Assembly (NCBI GenBank): GCA_046726415.1
Contig: JBKPAK010000274.1
Location: 1 to 16,654, forward strand
Length of the DNA: 16,654 nt
Direction of reading: 5' to 3'
Source: Candidatus Methylomirabilota bacterium
Lineage (GTDB): Bacteria; Methylomirabilota; Methylomirabilia; Rokubacteriales; CSP1-6
Of the stretch, positions 1 through 8,194 are shown in pieces. The notes under the pieces are model-generated. The model was not told where the DNA came from. It ran no database searches and worked only from the letters and a program-made list of their open reading frames with translations. A program made the translations under genes and the position numbers. Position 1 is the first letter of the stretch. Each line of letters starts with the position of its first letter.

Positions 1-1675
1 CACCCTTGAGGAACATGGGAGACCGCTCCCCGTAGGTGGCCAGTCCGATGCGGTCCGACATACCGTACTTCGTCACCATCAGCCGGGCCACATCGGTGGC
101 GCGCTCGAGATCGTTGTGCGCTCCCGTGGAGACCTCGCCATAGACCAACTCTTCGGCCACCCGGCCCCCCAGGAGCACGGCGATGCGGTCCTCCAGCTCG
201 CTCCGGGTCATGAGGAAGCGATCCTCGGTGGGAAGCTGGTATGTCATACCGAGGGCGGCGATGCCACGAGGGATGATGGTGACCTTGTGCACGGGATCGG
301 CGGAGGCGACCGAGGACGCCACTAGCGCGTGCCCCATCTCGTGATGGGCCACGATGTCGCGCTCCTTCTCGGAGAGTACGCGACTCTTCTTCTCGAGCCC
401 GGCCACCACCCGGTCGATGGCCTCTTCGAAGTCGGACATTTCGACGGCGTTCCGTTCCTTCCGCGCCGCCAGCAGGGCGGCCTCGTTGACGATGTTGGCG
501 AGGTCCGCGCCCGCGAATCCCGGGGTCCGCTGAGCGATGATTCCCAGGTCGACGCTGGGGGAAAGCGTGACACCGCGAGCGTGGATGCGGAGAATGGCCT
601 CGCGTCCCCGCAGATCGGGTTTGTCTACGACCACCTGGCGGTCGAAGCGCCCCGGGCGCAGCAGGGCCTGATCGAGCACTTCGGGGCGATTGGTGGCGGC
701 CATGATGATCACGCCCTTGGAGGAGTCGAAGCCGTCCATCTCGGCCAGCAATTGATTCAAGGTCTGCTCGCGCTCGTCGTGTCCGCCGATGAAGCCGGTG
801 GTCCCGGCCCGCGACTTGCCGATGGCGTCCAGCTCATCGATGAAAATGATGCAGGGGGCTTTGTCCTTGGCTTGCTCGAAGAGGTCGCGCACCCGGGAGG
901 CACCCACGCCCACGAACATCTCCACGAACTCCGAACCCGATAGCGTGAAGAACGGCACATCGGCCTCCCCCGCCACGGCGCGGGCGAGCAGCGTCTTGCC
1001 AGTGCCGGGCGGGCCGACGAGCAGCACCCCCTTGGGAATGCGACCGCCCAGGCGCTGATACTTGCGGGGGTTTTTGAGGAAATCCACGATCTCAACGAGT
1101 TCGGCCTTCGCCTCGTCCACGCCGGCCACGTCGGCGAAGGTGGTCTTCAATTCCTTGCGGTCGTAGATCTTGTGCTTGGAGCGCCCGAACGACAGTGCCT
1201 GGGTCGGTCCACCGCCCACGCGCCGCATCAGGAACATCCAGATGGCGACCATGATGCCGAGCGGAAGGATCCAGCCGAAGAGAAGATCCCTCCAGAATGT
1301 CGTCTCGATGCGGCCCGCGAACTCGACCCGTTGCTTCTCGAGGTCGCTGATGAGGGGTTGATCGTCGACCCCGGGAATGCGGGTGACCGTGAAGGCGCGG
1401 ACCTCGTCGTCCGAGCCCAGCATCCGCCGGAGCCGGTCGCCCGGGGCGTCGGGTGGGGTGGGTAGGGCCCCGGGTTTGGCCAACCCGCGGATCTCGCGTT
1501 CGGTCAGCGCGACCTTCTCGATCTTGCCGGCACGGACCAACTCGAGGAACTTCGACATCGGCAACTCGACGGTTCGCGGCGCCAGCAACCAGGACTGCAG
1601 AAGGGACAGAATGAGGGCGGCTACCAGGACGTAAACCAGCGAGAACTGAAGACGTTGGGATAGGCGAGGTTTCAT
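1..1675 (-). CDS. ftsH: ATP-dependent zinc metalloprotease FtsH (runs off the window's left edge; missing from the ORF track)
   Basis: Manual minus-strand translation from ATG at 1675 ([23 protein letters not shown]...), with GAGAGG RBS 6 nt upstream. Two TM segments, [13 protein letters not shown], Walker [30 protein letters not shown], Walker [22 protein letters not shown] second region of homology, and Zn motif HEMGH. Confidence 0.97.
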   Translation of the reverse strand, partial: MKPRLSQRLQFSLVYVLVAALILSLLQSWLLAPRTVELPMSKFLELVRAGKIEKVALTEREIRGLAKPGALPTPPDAPGDRLRRMLGSDDEVRAFTVTRIPGVDDQPLISDLEKQRVEFAGRIETTFWRDLLFGWILPLGIMVAIWMFLMRRVGGGPTQALSFGRSKHKIYDRKELKTTFADVAGVDEAKAELVEIVDFLKNPRKYQRLGGRIPKGVLLVGPPGTGKTLLARAVAGEADVPFFTLSGSEFVEMFVGVGASRVRDLFEQAKDKAPCIIFIDELDAIGKSRAGTTGFIGGHDEREQTLNQLLAEMDGFDSSKGVIIMAATNRPEVLDQALLRPGRFDRQVVVDKPDLRGREAILRIHARGVTLSPSVDLGIIAQRTPGFAGADLANIVNEAALLAARKERNAVEMSDFEEAIDRVVAGLEKKSRVLSEKERDIVAHHEMGHALVASSVASADPVHKVTIIPRGIAALGMTYQLPTEDRFLMTRSELEDRIAVLLGGRVAEELVYGEVSTGAHNDLERATDVARLMVTKYGMSDRIGLATYGERSPMFLKG

Positions 1676-1693
1676 CGCGAACCTCTCGGGGCC

Positions 1694-1723
1694 ATGCTAG
1701 CCGGAGCCCCCGAGGTGTGTCAA
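1694..1723 (-). promoter_or_regulatory. Putative sigma70 promoter for ftsH
   Basis: Minus-strand TTGACA (1723-1718), 18-nt spacer, TAGCAT (1699-1694), immediately upstream of the ftsH RBS. Confidence 0.5.
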
Positions 1724-1731
1724 ACTTGCGC

Positions 1732-1768
1732 CGGTGTTTTCCCCTTGACAGCCCGCGGTGTTTCCCCT
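1732..1768. repeat. Imperfect direct repeat CGGTGTTT(T)CCCCT x2 flanking the -35 hexamer
   Basis: CGGTGTTTTCCCCT at 1732-1745 and CGGTGTTTCCCCT at 1756-1768. Confidence 0.7.
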
Positions 1769-1773
1769 ACAAA
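1745..1773 (+). promoter_or_regulatory. Putative sigma70 promoter for the respiratory operon
   Basis: Perfect TTGACA (1745-1750), 17-nt spacer, TACAAA (1768-1773), in an AT-richer intergenic stretch. Confidence 0.5.
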
Positions 1774-1787
1774 ATTCGCTGAAAGCT

Positions 1788-1807
1788 CTTGTGACCGTCG
1801 TAACAAG
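1788..1807. promoter_or_regulatory. Palindromic operator, Rex-like or CRP-family-like
   Basis: CTTGTGAC-CGTC-GTAACAAG; the arms match 7/8 as an inverted repeat. The core TTGTGA-N6-TAACAA matches TTGTGA-N6-TCACAA at 11/12 positions and lies just downstream of the predicted -10. Confidence 0.55.
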
Positions 1808-1834
1808 CTCCGTTCGTGAGGTTCGCCAAGTCTC

Positions 1835-3646
1835 GTGCAGCGTTCGGGTTCGGCAGTGCGGCCGATAGCGAAACCTTGGACCCGCAGCGGTGCGGGCGCC
1901 CTCCTGCTTTGCGCCGCCGCGACCATCCTTCTCGCCGCCCTTCCCGTGGAAGCGCAGGAGGCCGCGAAGGAGCCGGCCTACCGGAGCTTTCCCCTTTTCG
2001 GCTCGCGACTCATCGTGTGGGCCATTGCCCAGCTCCACCTGAACTTCGCCGCCTTTATCCTCGGCGTGCCCATCTTTGCGGTCATCATCGAGATCATCGG
2101 CTGGCGCAAGGGTGAGGAGCGCTACGACTGGCTCTCCCACGAGCTGGTCAAGCTGACTTTCGCCGCCTTCTCGACCACCGCGTTGCTGGGGGCACTGCTC
2201 CTGTTCCTGTTCATCGGCTACTATCCGCGCTTCTGGGCGTACATGACGTCGATCTTCTATCCGACGTACTGGGTGTACGCACTCTTGTTCTTCGCCGAGA
2301 CCTTCACGGTCTATCTCTGGTACTACGGCTGGTATTGGCTCAGTGGTTCGAAGAAATGGATCCATGTCGGGCTCGGCGTGCTCAGCAATCTGTTCGGTAC
2401 CGCCATCCTCTTCGTGGCCAACTCCTGGGTGACCTTCATGATCTCGCCGGCCGGGATCACGGAGTCGGGGGCGCTCAAGGGGAGCGTGTGGGCGGCCATC
2501 AACAACTTCACCTGGATGCCCATCAATGTCCACCGACTCATCGCCAACATCGTGTTTGGCGGAACCATCGCCGCCGCGTATGCGGCCTTTCGCTTCCTGA
2601 GCGCGAAGACCGACGAGGAACGCGCCCGCTACGACTGGATGGGTTACATCGGCAACTTCGTCGCGCTGGCCGCCTTCATCGTGCTTCCGTTCGCCGGCTA
2701 CTGGCTAGGCCGGGAGATCTACGCGTTCAACCAGACGATGGGCATCACGATGATGGGCGGGTTCATGTCGTGGCTGTGGATCATCCAGGCCATCCTCATC
2801 GGCATTCTCTTCATCGGCTCCAACTACTACCTGTGGCTCGGCATGGAGCGCATCCCTGGGTCGGAGCGCTACCGGAAGTACGTCCCGTACATGCTCATGA
2901 TCTTGGCCGCCGGCTTCATCGTATGGGCGACGCCGCGGAGCATGGTGGTGACCCTCGACGAGGCGCGCGTCATGGGCGGAACCCACCATCCCGTCCTGGG
3001 GTTCCTCGGGGTGATGTCGGCCAAGAACACCGCGGTGAACCTCATGATCCTGACGACCTTCCTGTCCTTCGTGCTGTATCGACGGGCCAACCGGGTGTCG
3101 ACCAAGTCGTGGGCCCGGACGGGCATGCTCCTGCAGTGGCTGGCCTTCGCGGCGGCCGCGGGGGTGGTGACCTTCTACGGCGTGTACGGTTACTTCGTGG
3201 AGTCGATCGTGCGCATCGGCTTCTCCGTGTACCAGGTGCTGGCCGTCCTCGCCTGCATCGCCGTGGTGATGGCCATCGACATCCCGATGTTCAGGGGGGC
3301 GCGCTCCACGGGAACCATTCGCTGGGGCACCATCGCCCCGCGATCGCAGTACGTGCTCATCCTTCTCGCGGTCACCTTTACCTGGCTCATGGGGCTGATG
3401 GGCTTCGCGCGGTCCGGCATCCGCCAGCACTGGCACGTCTACGGCGTCCTGCGCGATAGCTCGGTAGACGCGGTCACGCCGGCCCTGGGTTACGCGTCCA
3501 ATGTCATCACCTCCATTACCATCGCGTTCTTCGCCCTCGTGATGTTCATCTTCTGGCTCGGTGGTCTCGGCGAGAGGGGCAAGATCGAGGAGCATGGCCA
3601 CGCGCCAGCGCCCGCCATCGCGGGGGGGAGCGAGCCGCGTTCCTAG
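1835..3646 (+). CDS. Cytochrome bd superfamily subunit I-like (CydA-like, non-canonical bd-like/OR-N type) polytopic membrane protein
   Basis: CydA-like motifs: AQLHLNFAAFILGVP (first heme His), FFAETFTVYLW..GW, ANSWVTFMISPAG, NVHRLIANIVFGG (second heme His), and C-terminal GFARSGIRQHWHVYGVLR (cf. GRQPW). About a dozen hydrophobic segments and a signal-like N-terminus (…LPVEA-QE). The GTG start at 1835 is uncertain. Confidence 0.85.
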   Translation: MQRSGSAVRPIAKPWTRSGAGALLLCAAATILLAALPVEAQEAAKEPAYRSFPLFGSRLIVWAIAQLHLNFAAFILGVPIFAVIIEIIGWRKGEERYDWLSHELVKLTFAAFSTTALLGALLLFLFIGYYPRFWAYMTSIFYPTYWVYALLFFAETFTVYLWYYGWYWLSGSKKWIHVGLGVLSNLFGTAILFVANSWVTFMISPAGITESGALKGSVWAAINNFTWMPINVHRLIANIVFGGTIAAAYAAFRFLSAKTDEERARYDWMGYIGNFVALAAFIVLPFAGYWLGREIYAFNQTMGITMMGGFMSWLWIIQAILIGILFIGSNYYLWLGMERIPGSERYRKYVPYMLMILAAGFIVWATPRSMVVTLDEARVMGGTHHPVLGFLGVMSAKNTAVNLMILTTFLSFVLYRRANRVSTKSWARTGMLLQWLAFAAAAGVVTFYGVYGYFVESIVRIGFSVYQVLAVLACIAVVMAIDIPMFRGARSTGTIRWGTIAPRSQYVLILLAVTFTWLMGLMGFARSGIRQHWHVYGVLRDSSVDAVTPALGYASNVITSITIAFFALVMFIFWLGGLGERGKIEEHGHAPAPAIAGGSEPRS

Positions 3647-3647
3647 C

Positions 3648-4451
3648 ATGCGCGTTCCCGTCGGGATCAAGGTAGGGGTGTTCGCTCTGATCGTCATGGG
3701 GGCGTATACCTACTATGCGAACTCCATTCCTCAGATCGAGTCCAAGCCGCCCCAGGAATTGTCTCTGGAGGGGGGCAATGTGACCCCTGCGCAGCTCGTC
3801 AGGGCGGGGGAGGAGATCTACAAGACCAAGGGCACGTGCGAGATCTGCCACCGCATCGGGCAGAAGGGTACGCGCGCCCCCGACCTCGCGGGCATCGGAG
3901 CGCGGGCCGGCAAAGCGAAGCCCGGAATGAGCGCCAAGCAGTACATCATCGAGTCGCTCATCGATCCCGGGGCCTATGTCGTGGAGGGCTACCCCCCCAT
4001 CATGCCGGCGGTGGACAAGCCTCCGATCGCGCTCAATCGCTCTGAAGTGTGGGCGCTCACCGCATTCCTGGAATCGCTCGGCGGCACGGTGGACGTCACC
4101 TTGAATGACATCCCCGCTACCGTGGGTGGGGCCGCCGGGGCCGGGGGGACGGCCGCGGCCGAGATCAAGTTCCCCGGGGACCCCAAGGCGGGCGAGGCCG
4201 TCTTCGGGGGGAAGGGCGCGTGTATCGCCTGTCACAAGGCGGGCAAGATCGGCGCCTCGCCCGTGGGTCCGGACCTCTCGCAGATCGCCAAGATCCAGAC
4301 GCCCGACTACATCATGAAGAAGATCCTCGATCCCGCTGGGACGGGCACGGTGGCTGGTTATCCGAAAGGCGTCATGCCGCCCACCCTAGGGCAGACCTTG
4401 AACGCCAAGGAGTACACGGATCTGGTGGCGTTCCTGCTGACCCTGAAATGA
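3648..4451 (+). CDS. Membrane-anchored diheme cytochrome c
   Basis: ATG at 3648, 1 nt after the upstream stop (preferred to the track's 3561). N-terminal TM, CEICH and CIACH, each domain followed by a GYP..MP distal-Met motif, with a Gly/Ala linker between domains. Confidence 0.92.
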   Translation: MRVPVGIKVGVFALIVMGAYTYYANSIPQIESKPPQELSLEGGNVTPAQLVRAGEEIYKTKGTCEICHRIGQKGTRAPDLAGIGARAGKAKPGMSAKQYIIESLIDPGAYVVEGYPPIMPAVDKPPIALNRSEVWALTAFLESLGGTVDVTLNDIPATVGGAAGAGGTAAAEIKFPGDPKAGEAVFGGKGACIACHKAGKIGASPVGPDLSQIAKIQTPDYIMKKILDPAGTGTVAGYPKGVMPPTLGQTLNAKEYTDLVAFLLTLK

Positions 4452-4455
4452 GCAG

Positions 4456-5208
4456 ATGAGGCTGCTGCGCTCGCGTTTCTTTCAGTCGGTCGCCATCCTG
4501 GTGGTGGCGTTCTTCATCCTCCGCTTCGGGATTCGCCCCCCGGCGCCGTGGAGCGTGCTCACGCTCTACATGGCCATCGTGCTGATCGCGCTTCTCGTGT
4601 TCGCCTCGTCAGACTCCGATTCGTGGCGCGACTTCATGCGGCCGATCAGGGCCACGCTGACCCAGCCCAGGCTCCGTCCGCTCCGCCTTGGTCTCATGGT
4701 CTTGATCCCGCTCTTGCTGGGCTACTACGCCTACACGCAAGCGGCCGCCAGACCGCAGGCCCCTCCGGAGTTGCGGGCAGTCCACCCGGCGCCGCCGGCG
4801 TCGATTCAGTTCCGGGGCAAAGAGATTGCGATCTCGGGCTTCGAGAACCCGTTGCGCAAGGACCAGGCGAACTTCACGAAGAACGTGGCGGCCGGCGGAG
4901 AAATCTACATCAAGAATTGCATGTTCTGCCACGGCGATAACCTCGATGGCCAGGGTCACTTTGCCGCTGGCTTCAATCCGCCACCCGCGAATTTCCAGGA
5001 TCCGGGAACGATCGCGATGCTCCAGGAAGCGTATCTCTTCTGGCGAATCGCCAAAGGCGGGCCGGGCCTTCCCAAGGAGTCGACGCCGTGGAACTCGGTG
5101 ATGCCGGCCTGGGAGGACCGCCTGACGGAAGAGCAGATCTGGCAGGTCATCATGTATCTCTACGACGCGACCGGGCAGCAGCCCCGGCGGTGGGAGGCCT
5201 CGCACTAG
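4456..5208 (+). CDS. Membrane-bound monoheme cytochrome c
   Basis: About 3 N-terminal hydrophobic segments, CMFCHG..LDG.G, PPPANF, YLFWRIAKGG, SVMPAW distal Met, LTEEQIWQVIMY. Confidence 0.92.
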   Translation: MRLLRSRFFQSVAILVVAFFILRFGIRPPAPWSVLTLYMAIVLIALLVFASSDSDSWRDFMRPIRATLTQPRLRPLRLGLMVLIPLLLGYYAYTQAAARPQAPPELRAVHPAPPASIQFRGKEIAISGFENPLRKDQANFTKNVAAGGEIYIKNCMFCHGDNLDGQGHFAAGFNPPPANFQDPGTIAMLQEAYLFWRIAKGGPGLPKESTPWNSVMPAWEDRLTEEQIWQVIMYLYDATGQQPRRWEASH

Positions 5209-6639
5209 ATGCGCCCTGCGAGGCTCGGCATTGCCCTGGTGCTCCTCGGCGCCTCCGCCGCGTGGGGCCAGGCCGGCGACGCCAAGAATGGCCAGGTCGT
5301 CTACGAAAGAAAATGCATGCTCTGCCACGGCGCCAAGGGCGATGGCAGGGGGCCGGTGGCCTCGGAGTTGAATCCCGCCCCCCGCGATTTCACGAGGGGC
5401 GTCTACAAGATCCGCACGACCGCTGACAAGATTCCGTCCGACCAGGATCTGTTCAAGGTCATCACCGATGGCATGCCGGGCACCTCCATGCCGCCCTGGA
5501 AGGTCCTTCCCGACAAGGAGCGCTGGGATCTGGTCGCCTACATCAAGACCTTCGCGGCCGACAAATTCAAGGCCGCGCCGAAGCGGCAAGAGCTTCCCCG
5601 GGAGGTCGCCAGCTCGGCCGAGTCGATCAAACGCGGCAAGGAGATGTACGAGGCGATCGAATGCAACAAGTGCCACGGCGCCCAGGGGCGCGCCGATGGT
5701 CCGTCGCGGGCCGAGCTGAAGGACGAGTGGGAACAGCCCATCAAGCCCGCCAACCTGACCCAGCGCTGGCACTTCCGCGGCGGCAAGGATCGGACGGACA
5801 TCGCCATGCGGCTTGCCACTGGCATGCTGGGAACACCGATGCCCTCCTTCATCGATAGCGTCGAGAAGCCCGAGGACGTCTGGCACCTCGCCAACTTCAT
5901 CCAGTCACTGGGCCCTGGCGGTCCGAACCCCGCCACCCTGGTGACGGTGGCGTCCGCGCGCGAGGCGATCCCGGACGATCCCAACGCAGAATTCTGGAAG
6001 CGGATCCCCGCCAACAACATGCCCCTCATGGGGCAGATCATCGTCGATCCGCGCAACTTCAATCCCTCCATCGATCTGATCTCGGTGCGTAGCGCCTACA
6101 ACGACACGGAGATCGCGTTCCACCTGACGTGGGACGATCCCACCGAGTCGAAGGAGCCCGGCAAGGCCGACGCCATCTCCCTGCAGTTCCCGCCGACCTT
6201 GGGACCGGGCAACGAGCGGCCCTACTTCCTCATGGGAGATGCCTCGGACGCCGTGTACCTGCTGCGCTGGGAGAATGGTCCCGGCGTCAAGGAGGTGACG
6301 GCCAACGGGCCGAGTAAGCTCACGCCGCTGGAGGGCTCTGTCGCGACGGGCAAGGCCGTCTACGATAATGGCCAGTATCGGCTGGTCATCAAGCGCCCGC
6401 TCAGCGGCAAAGATGCCAATCGGCTCACTTTTACGCCGGGGGTATTTACGCCGGTGGCCTTCCACGCCTGGGACGGCGGGGCGGGAGAGACGGGCACCAA
6501 GATGTCTTTGACGTCCTGGTACAATCTGCGGTTGGAGGAAGCGCAGTCGAACCGGCGTTTCATCATTCCCCCCGTGGTTGCTCTTCTGTCGCTGGCCGCG
6601 ATGGTGTTGATCGTTCGCGTGGCGAACCGACGAGGCTGA
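5209..6639 (+). CDS. Diheme cytochrome c fused to an ethylbenzene dehydrogenase gamma (EB_dh/DOMON-like heme b) domain, with C-terminal TM anchor
   Basis: Signal peptide (AAWG-Q), CMLCHG..GDG.G…PRDFT…TSMPPW, CNKCHG..G..DG…TPMPSF, then W.DPT…ADAISLQFP…PYFLMG…VAFHAWDG.AGE.GTKMS..SW (EbdC-like Met/Lys positions) and a hydrophobic C-terminus. Confidence 0.85.
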   Translation: MRPARLGIALVLLGASAAWGQAGDAKNGQVVYERKCMLCHGAKGDGRGPVASELNPAPRDFTRGVYKIRTTADKIPSDQDLFKVITDGMPGTSMPPWKVLPDKERWDLVAYIKTFAADKFKAAPKRQELPREVASSAESIKRGKEMYEAIECNKCHGAQGRADGPSRAELKDEWEQPIKPANLTQRWHFRGGKDRTDIAMRLATGMLGTPMPSFIDSVEKPEDVWHLANFIQSLGPGGPNPATLVTVASAREAIPDDPNAEFWKRIPANNMPLMGQIIVDPRNFNPSIDLISVRSAYNDTEIAFHLTWDDPTESKEPGKADAISLQFPPTLGPGNERPYFLMGDASDAVYLLRWENGPGVKEVTANGPSKLTPLEGSVATGKAVYDNGQYRLVIKRPLSGKDANRLTFTPGVFTPVAFHAWDGGAGETGTKMSLTSWYNLRLEEAQSNRRFIIPPVVALLSLAAMVLIVRVANRRG

Positions 6640-6654
6640 CGCACCGCGGACCGA

Positions 6655-6699
6655 GCTCCCGCGAGGGAGCGCGACAACGTCCGGTCACGGGTGATCGGA
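6655..6699 (+). other. Two tandem intergenic RNA hairpins
   Basis: GCTCCC-GCGA-GGGAGC (6655-6670, GNRA tetraloop) and TCCGGTCA-CGGG-TGATCGGA (6680-6699, one G-U pair). No U-tract follows. Confidence 0.55.
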
Positions 6700-6727
6700 T
6701 GGATTTGAACGAGGAGGACAGCGAGCA

Positions 6728-7429
6728 ATGCGCACGATCATGGCGATTTTCACGGCCGTCGCGCTCGTCGCCGGGGCAGTGGCGCTCCTGGGCTGGCCGG
6801 GAGCCGTCACCGCCCAGGGCGGAGGCACCGTCGAGGTCGAGGTCAAATACAACGGTGCTCCCGTAGTCGACAAGCTGAAGGTCAACAAGGACACGGAGAA
6901 GTGCGGGACAGAGGCCATTATCGAAAAGGTCGCGGTCGGCGCCAACAAGGGACTCTCGAATGCCGTGGCGTCGGTGGCGGGGGCCAAGGGGGCGCCGACG
7001 GCCAAAAAGGCGGTCATCGACCAGAAGGGCTGTAAGTTCGTGCCCCACGTGCTGGCCATGACCCCCGGTGAGATCGAGGTCAAGAACTCCGACGATATCC
7101 TCCACAATATCCACACCTATTCGACGGCCAACCCCCCCATCAACAAGGCCCAGCCGAAGTTCAAGAAGGTGATGACGGAGAAGTTCGAGAAGCCGGAGGT
7201 CATCAAGGTGACCTGCGACGTGCACAGCTGGATGCTCGGGTGGATTGCCGTCATGCCCCACCCGTATTTCGGCATCACCGACGCCAACGGGGTGGCCAAG
7301 ATCGAGAACGTCCCGGCCGGCAAGCAGACGATCGAGGTGTGGCACGAGACGCTCGGCAAGGTGACCAAGGACGTCGACGTCAAGGCCGGTCAGACGGCCA
7401 AGGTCAGCGTCGAGATGGTGAAGAAGTAG
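6728..7429 (+). CDS. Secreted cupredoxin-like / carboxypeptidase-regulatory-like domain protein with a type-1 Cu motif
   Basis: GAGGAGG RBS and signal peptide (AVTA-Q). DQKGCKFVPHV, NSDDILHNIH, CDVHSWM (C-x2-H-x2-M), HPYFGITDANG..KIENVPAG…VWHE. Confidence 0.8.
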   Translation: MRTIMAIFTAVALVAGAVALLGWPGAVTAQGGGTVEVEVKYNGAPVVDKLKVNKDTEKCGTEAIIEKVAVGANKGLSNAVASVAGAKGAPTAKKAVIDQKGCKFVPHVLAMTPGEIEVKNSDDILHNIHTYSTANPPINKAQPKFKKVMTEKFEKPEVIKVTCDVHSWMLGWIAVMPHPYFGITDANGVAKIENVPAGKQTIEVWHETLGKVTKDVDVKAGQTAKVSVEMVKK

Positions 7430-7462
7430 CGCACGCAACAGGCTAAGGGGGCCGAGACCAGC

Positions 7463-8194
7463 ATGCTGAGATGGTGGCTGCCGGAGAACGTCGCGACCTA
7501 TGGGGCGGGCATCGACTGGATGTTCCTCCTCATCTACTGGATCACGGGCGTCACCTTCGTCCTGGTGATAGGTGCGCTTCTGGCGTTCCTGTGGGTGTAC
7601 CGCGACCGACCCGGTCGCCGGGCCCGGTACACGCATGGCAATTCCTCGCTGGAGATCGCGTGGACGGTGGCTCCCGCCGCCATCCTGGTGGCCCTGACGC
7701 TCCTGAGCGTGCCCATGTGGTCGGACATCAAGCTGAATATCCCCCAGAGCGATCTGGTCATCAACGTCACTGGCAAGCAGTTCAACTGGGAGGTCACCTA
7801 TCCCGGCCCGGACGGGAAGTTCGGCACCGATGACGACAAGACGCTCCTCGACGAGATGCACGTGCCCATCAACAAGGTCGTGCGCATCAACCTGCGCGGC
7901 CGCGATGTGATCCACAGCTTTTTCGTTCCCCAGTTCCGCTTCAAGCAGGACGCGGTGCCGGGGCGGAGCATCGCGCAGTGGTTCGAGGTGACCAAGCCGG
8001 GTAAGTACGAAGCCCCGTGCGCGGAGTTGTGCGGCATCGGGCACTCGGGCATGAAGGCCTGGGTGGTCGCCCACACCCCCGAGGATTACGCGAAGTGGGC
8101 GGCTGAGAATCTGAAAGCGGCGGCGCCGGCCAGCCAGGCGGTGGCCGCGGCCATCCGCGCCAACGTCAAGACGGAGGAACAAGGCAAGCCATGA
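7463..8194 (+). CDS. coxB: Cytochrome c oxidase subunit II (CuA), no fused cytochrome c
   Basis: Two TM helices, LEIAWT, GKQFNW, DVIHSFFVP, KQDAVPG, CuA motif CAELCGIGHSGM. No CxxCH in the C-terminal tail. Confidence 0.97.
   Translation: MLRWWLPENVATYGAGIDWMFLLIYWITGVTFVLVIGALLAFLWVYRDRPGRRARYTHGNSSLEIAWTVAPAAILVALTLLSVPMWSDIKLNIPQSDLVINVTGKQFNWEVTYPGPDGKFGTDDDKTLLDEMHVPINKVVRINLRGRDVIHSFFVPQFRFKQDAVPGRSIAQWFEVTKPGKYEAPCAELCGIGHSGMKAWVVAHTPEDYAKWAAENLKAAAPASQAVAAAIRANVKTEEQGKP

Noticed and set aside
116..1634. Plus-strand ORFs listed in the track over the left end
   Set aside because: They are antisense to the clear ftsH frame, which the track missed because its stop lies outside the window.
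1835..4451. Canonical cydAB quinol oxidase
   Set aside because: The next gene is a diheme cytochrome c rather than cydB, and the quinol-binding motif is not visible, so the symbol cydA was withheld.
6655..6699. Intrinsic terminator
   Set aside because: Neither hairpin is followed by a U-rich tract on either strand.
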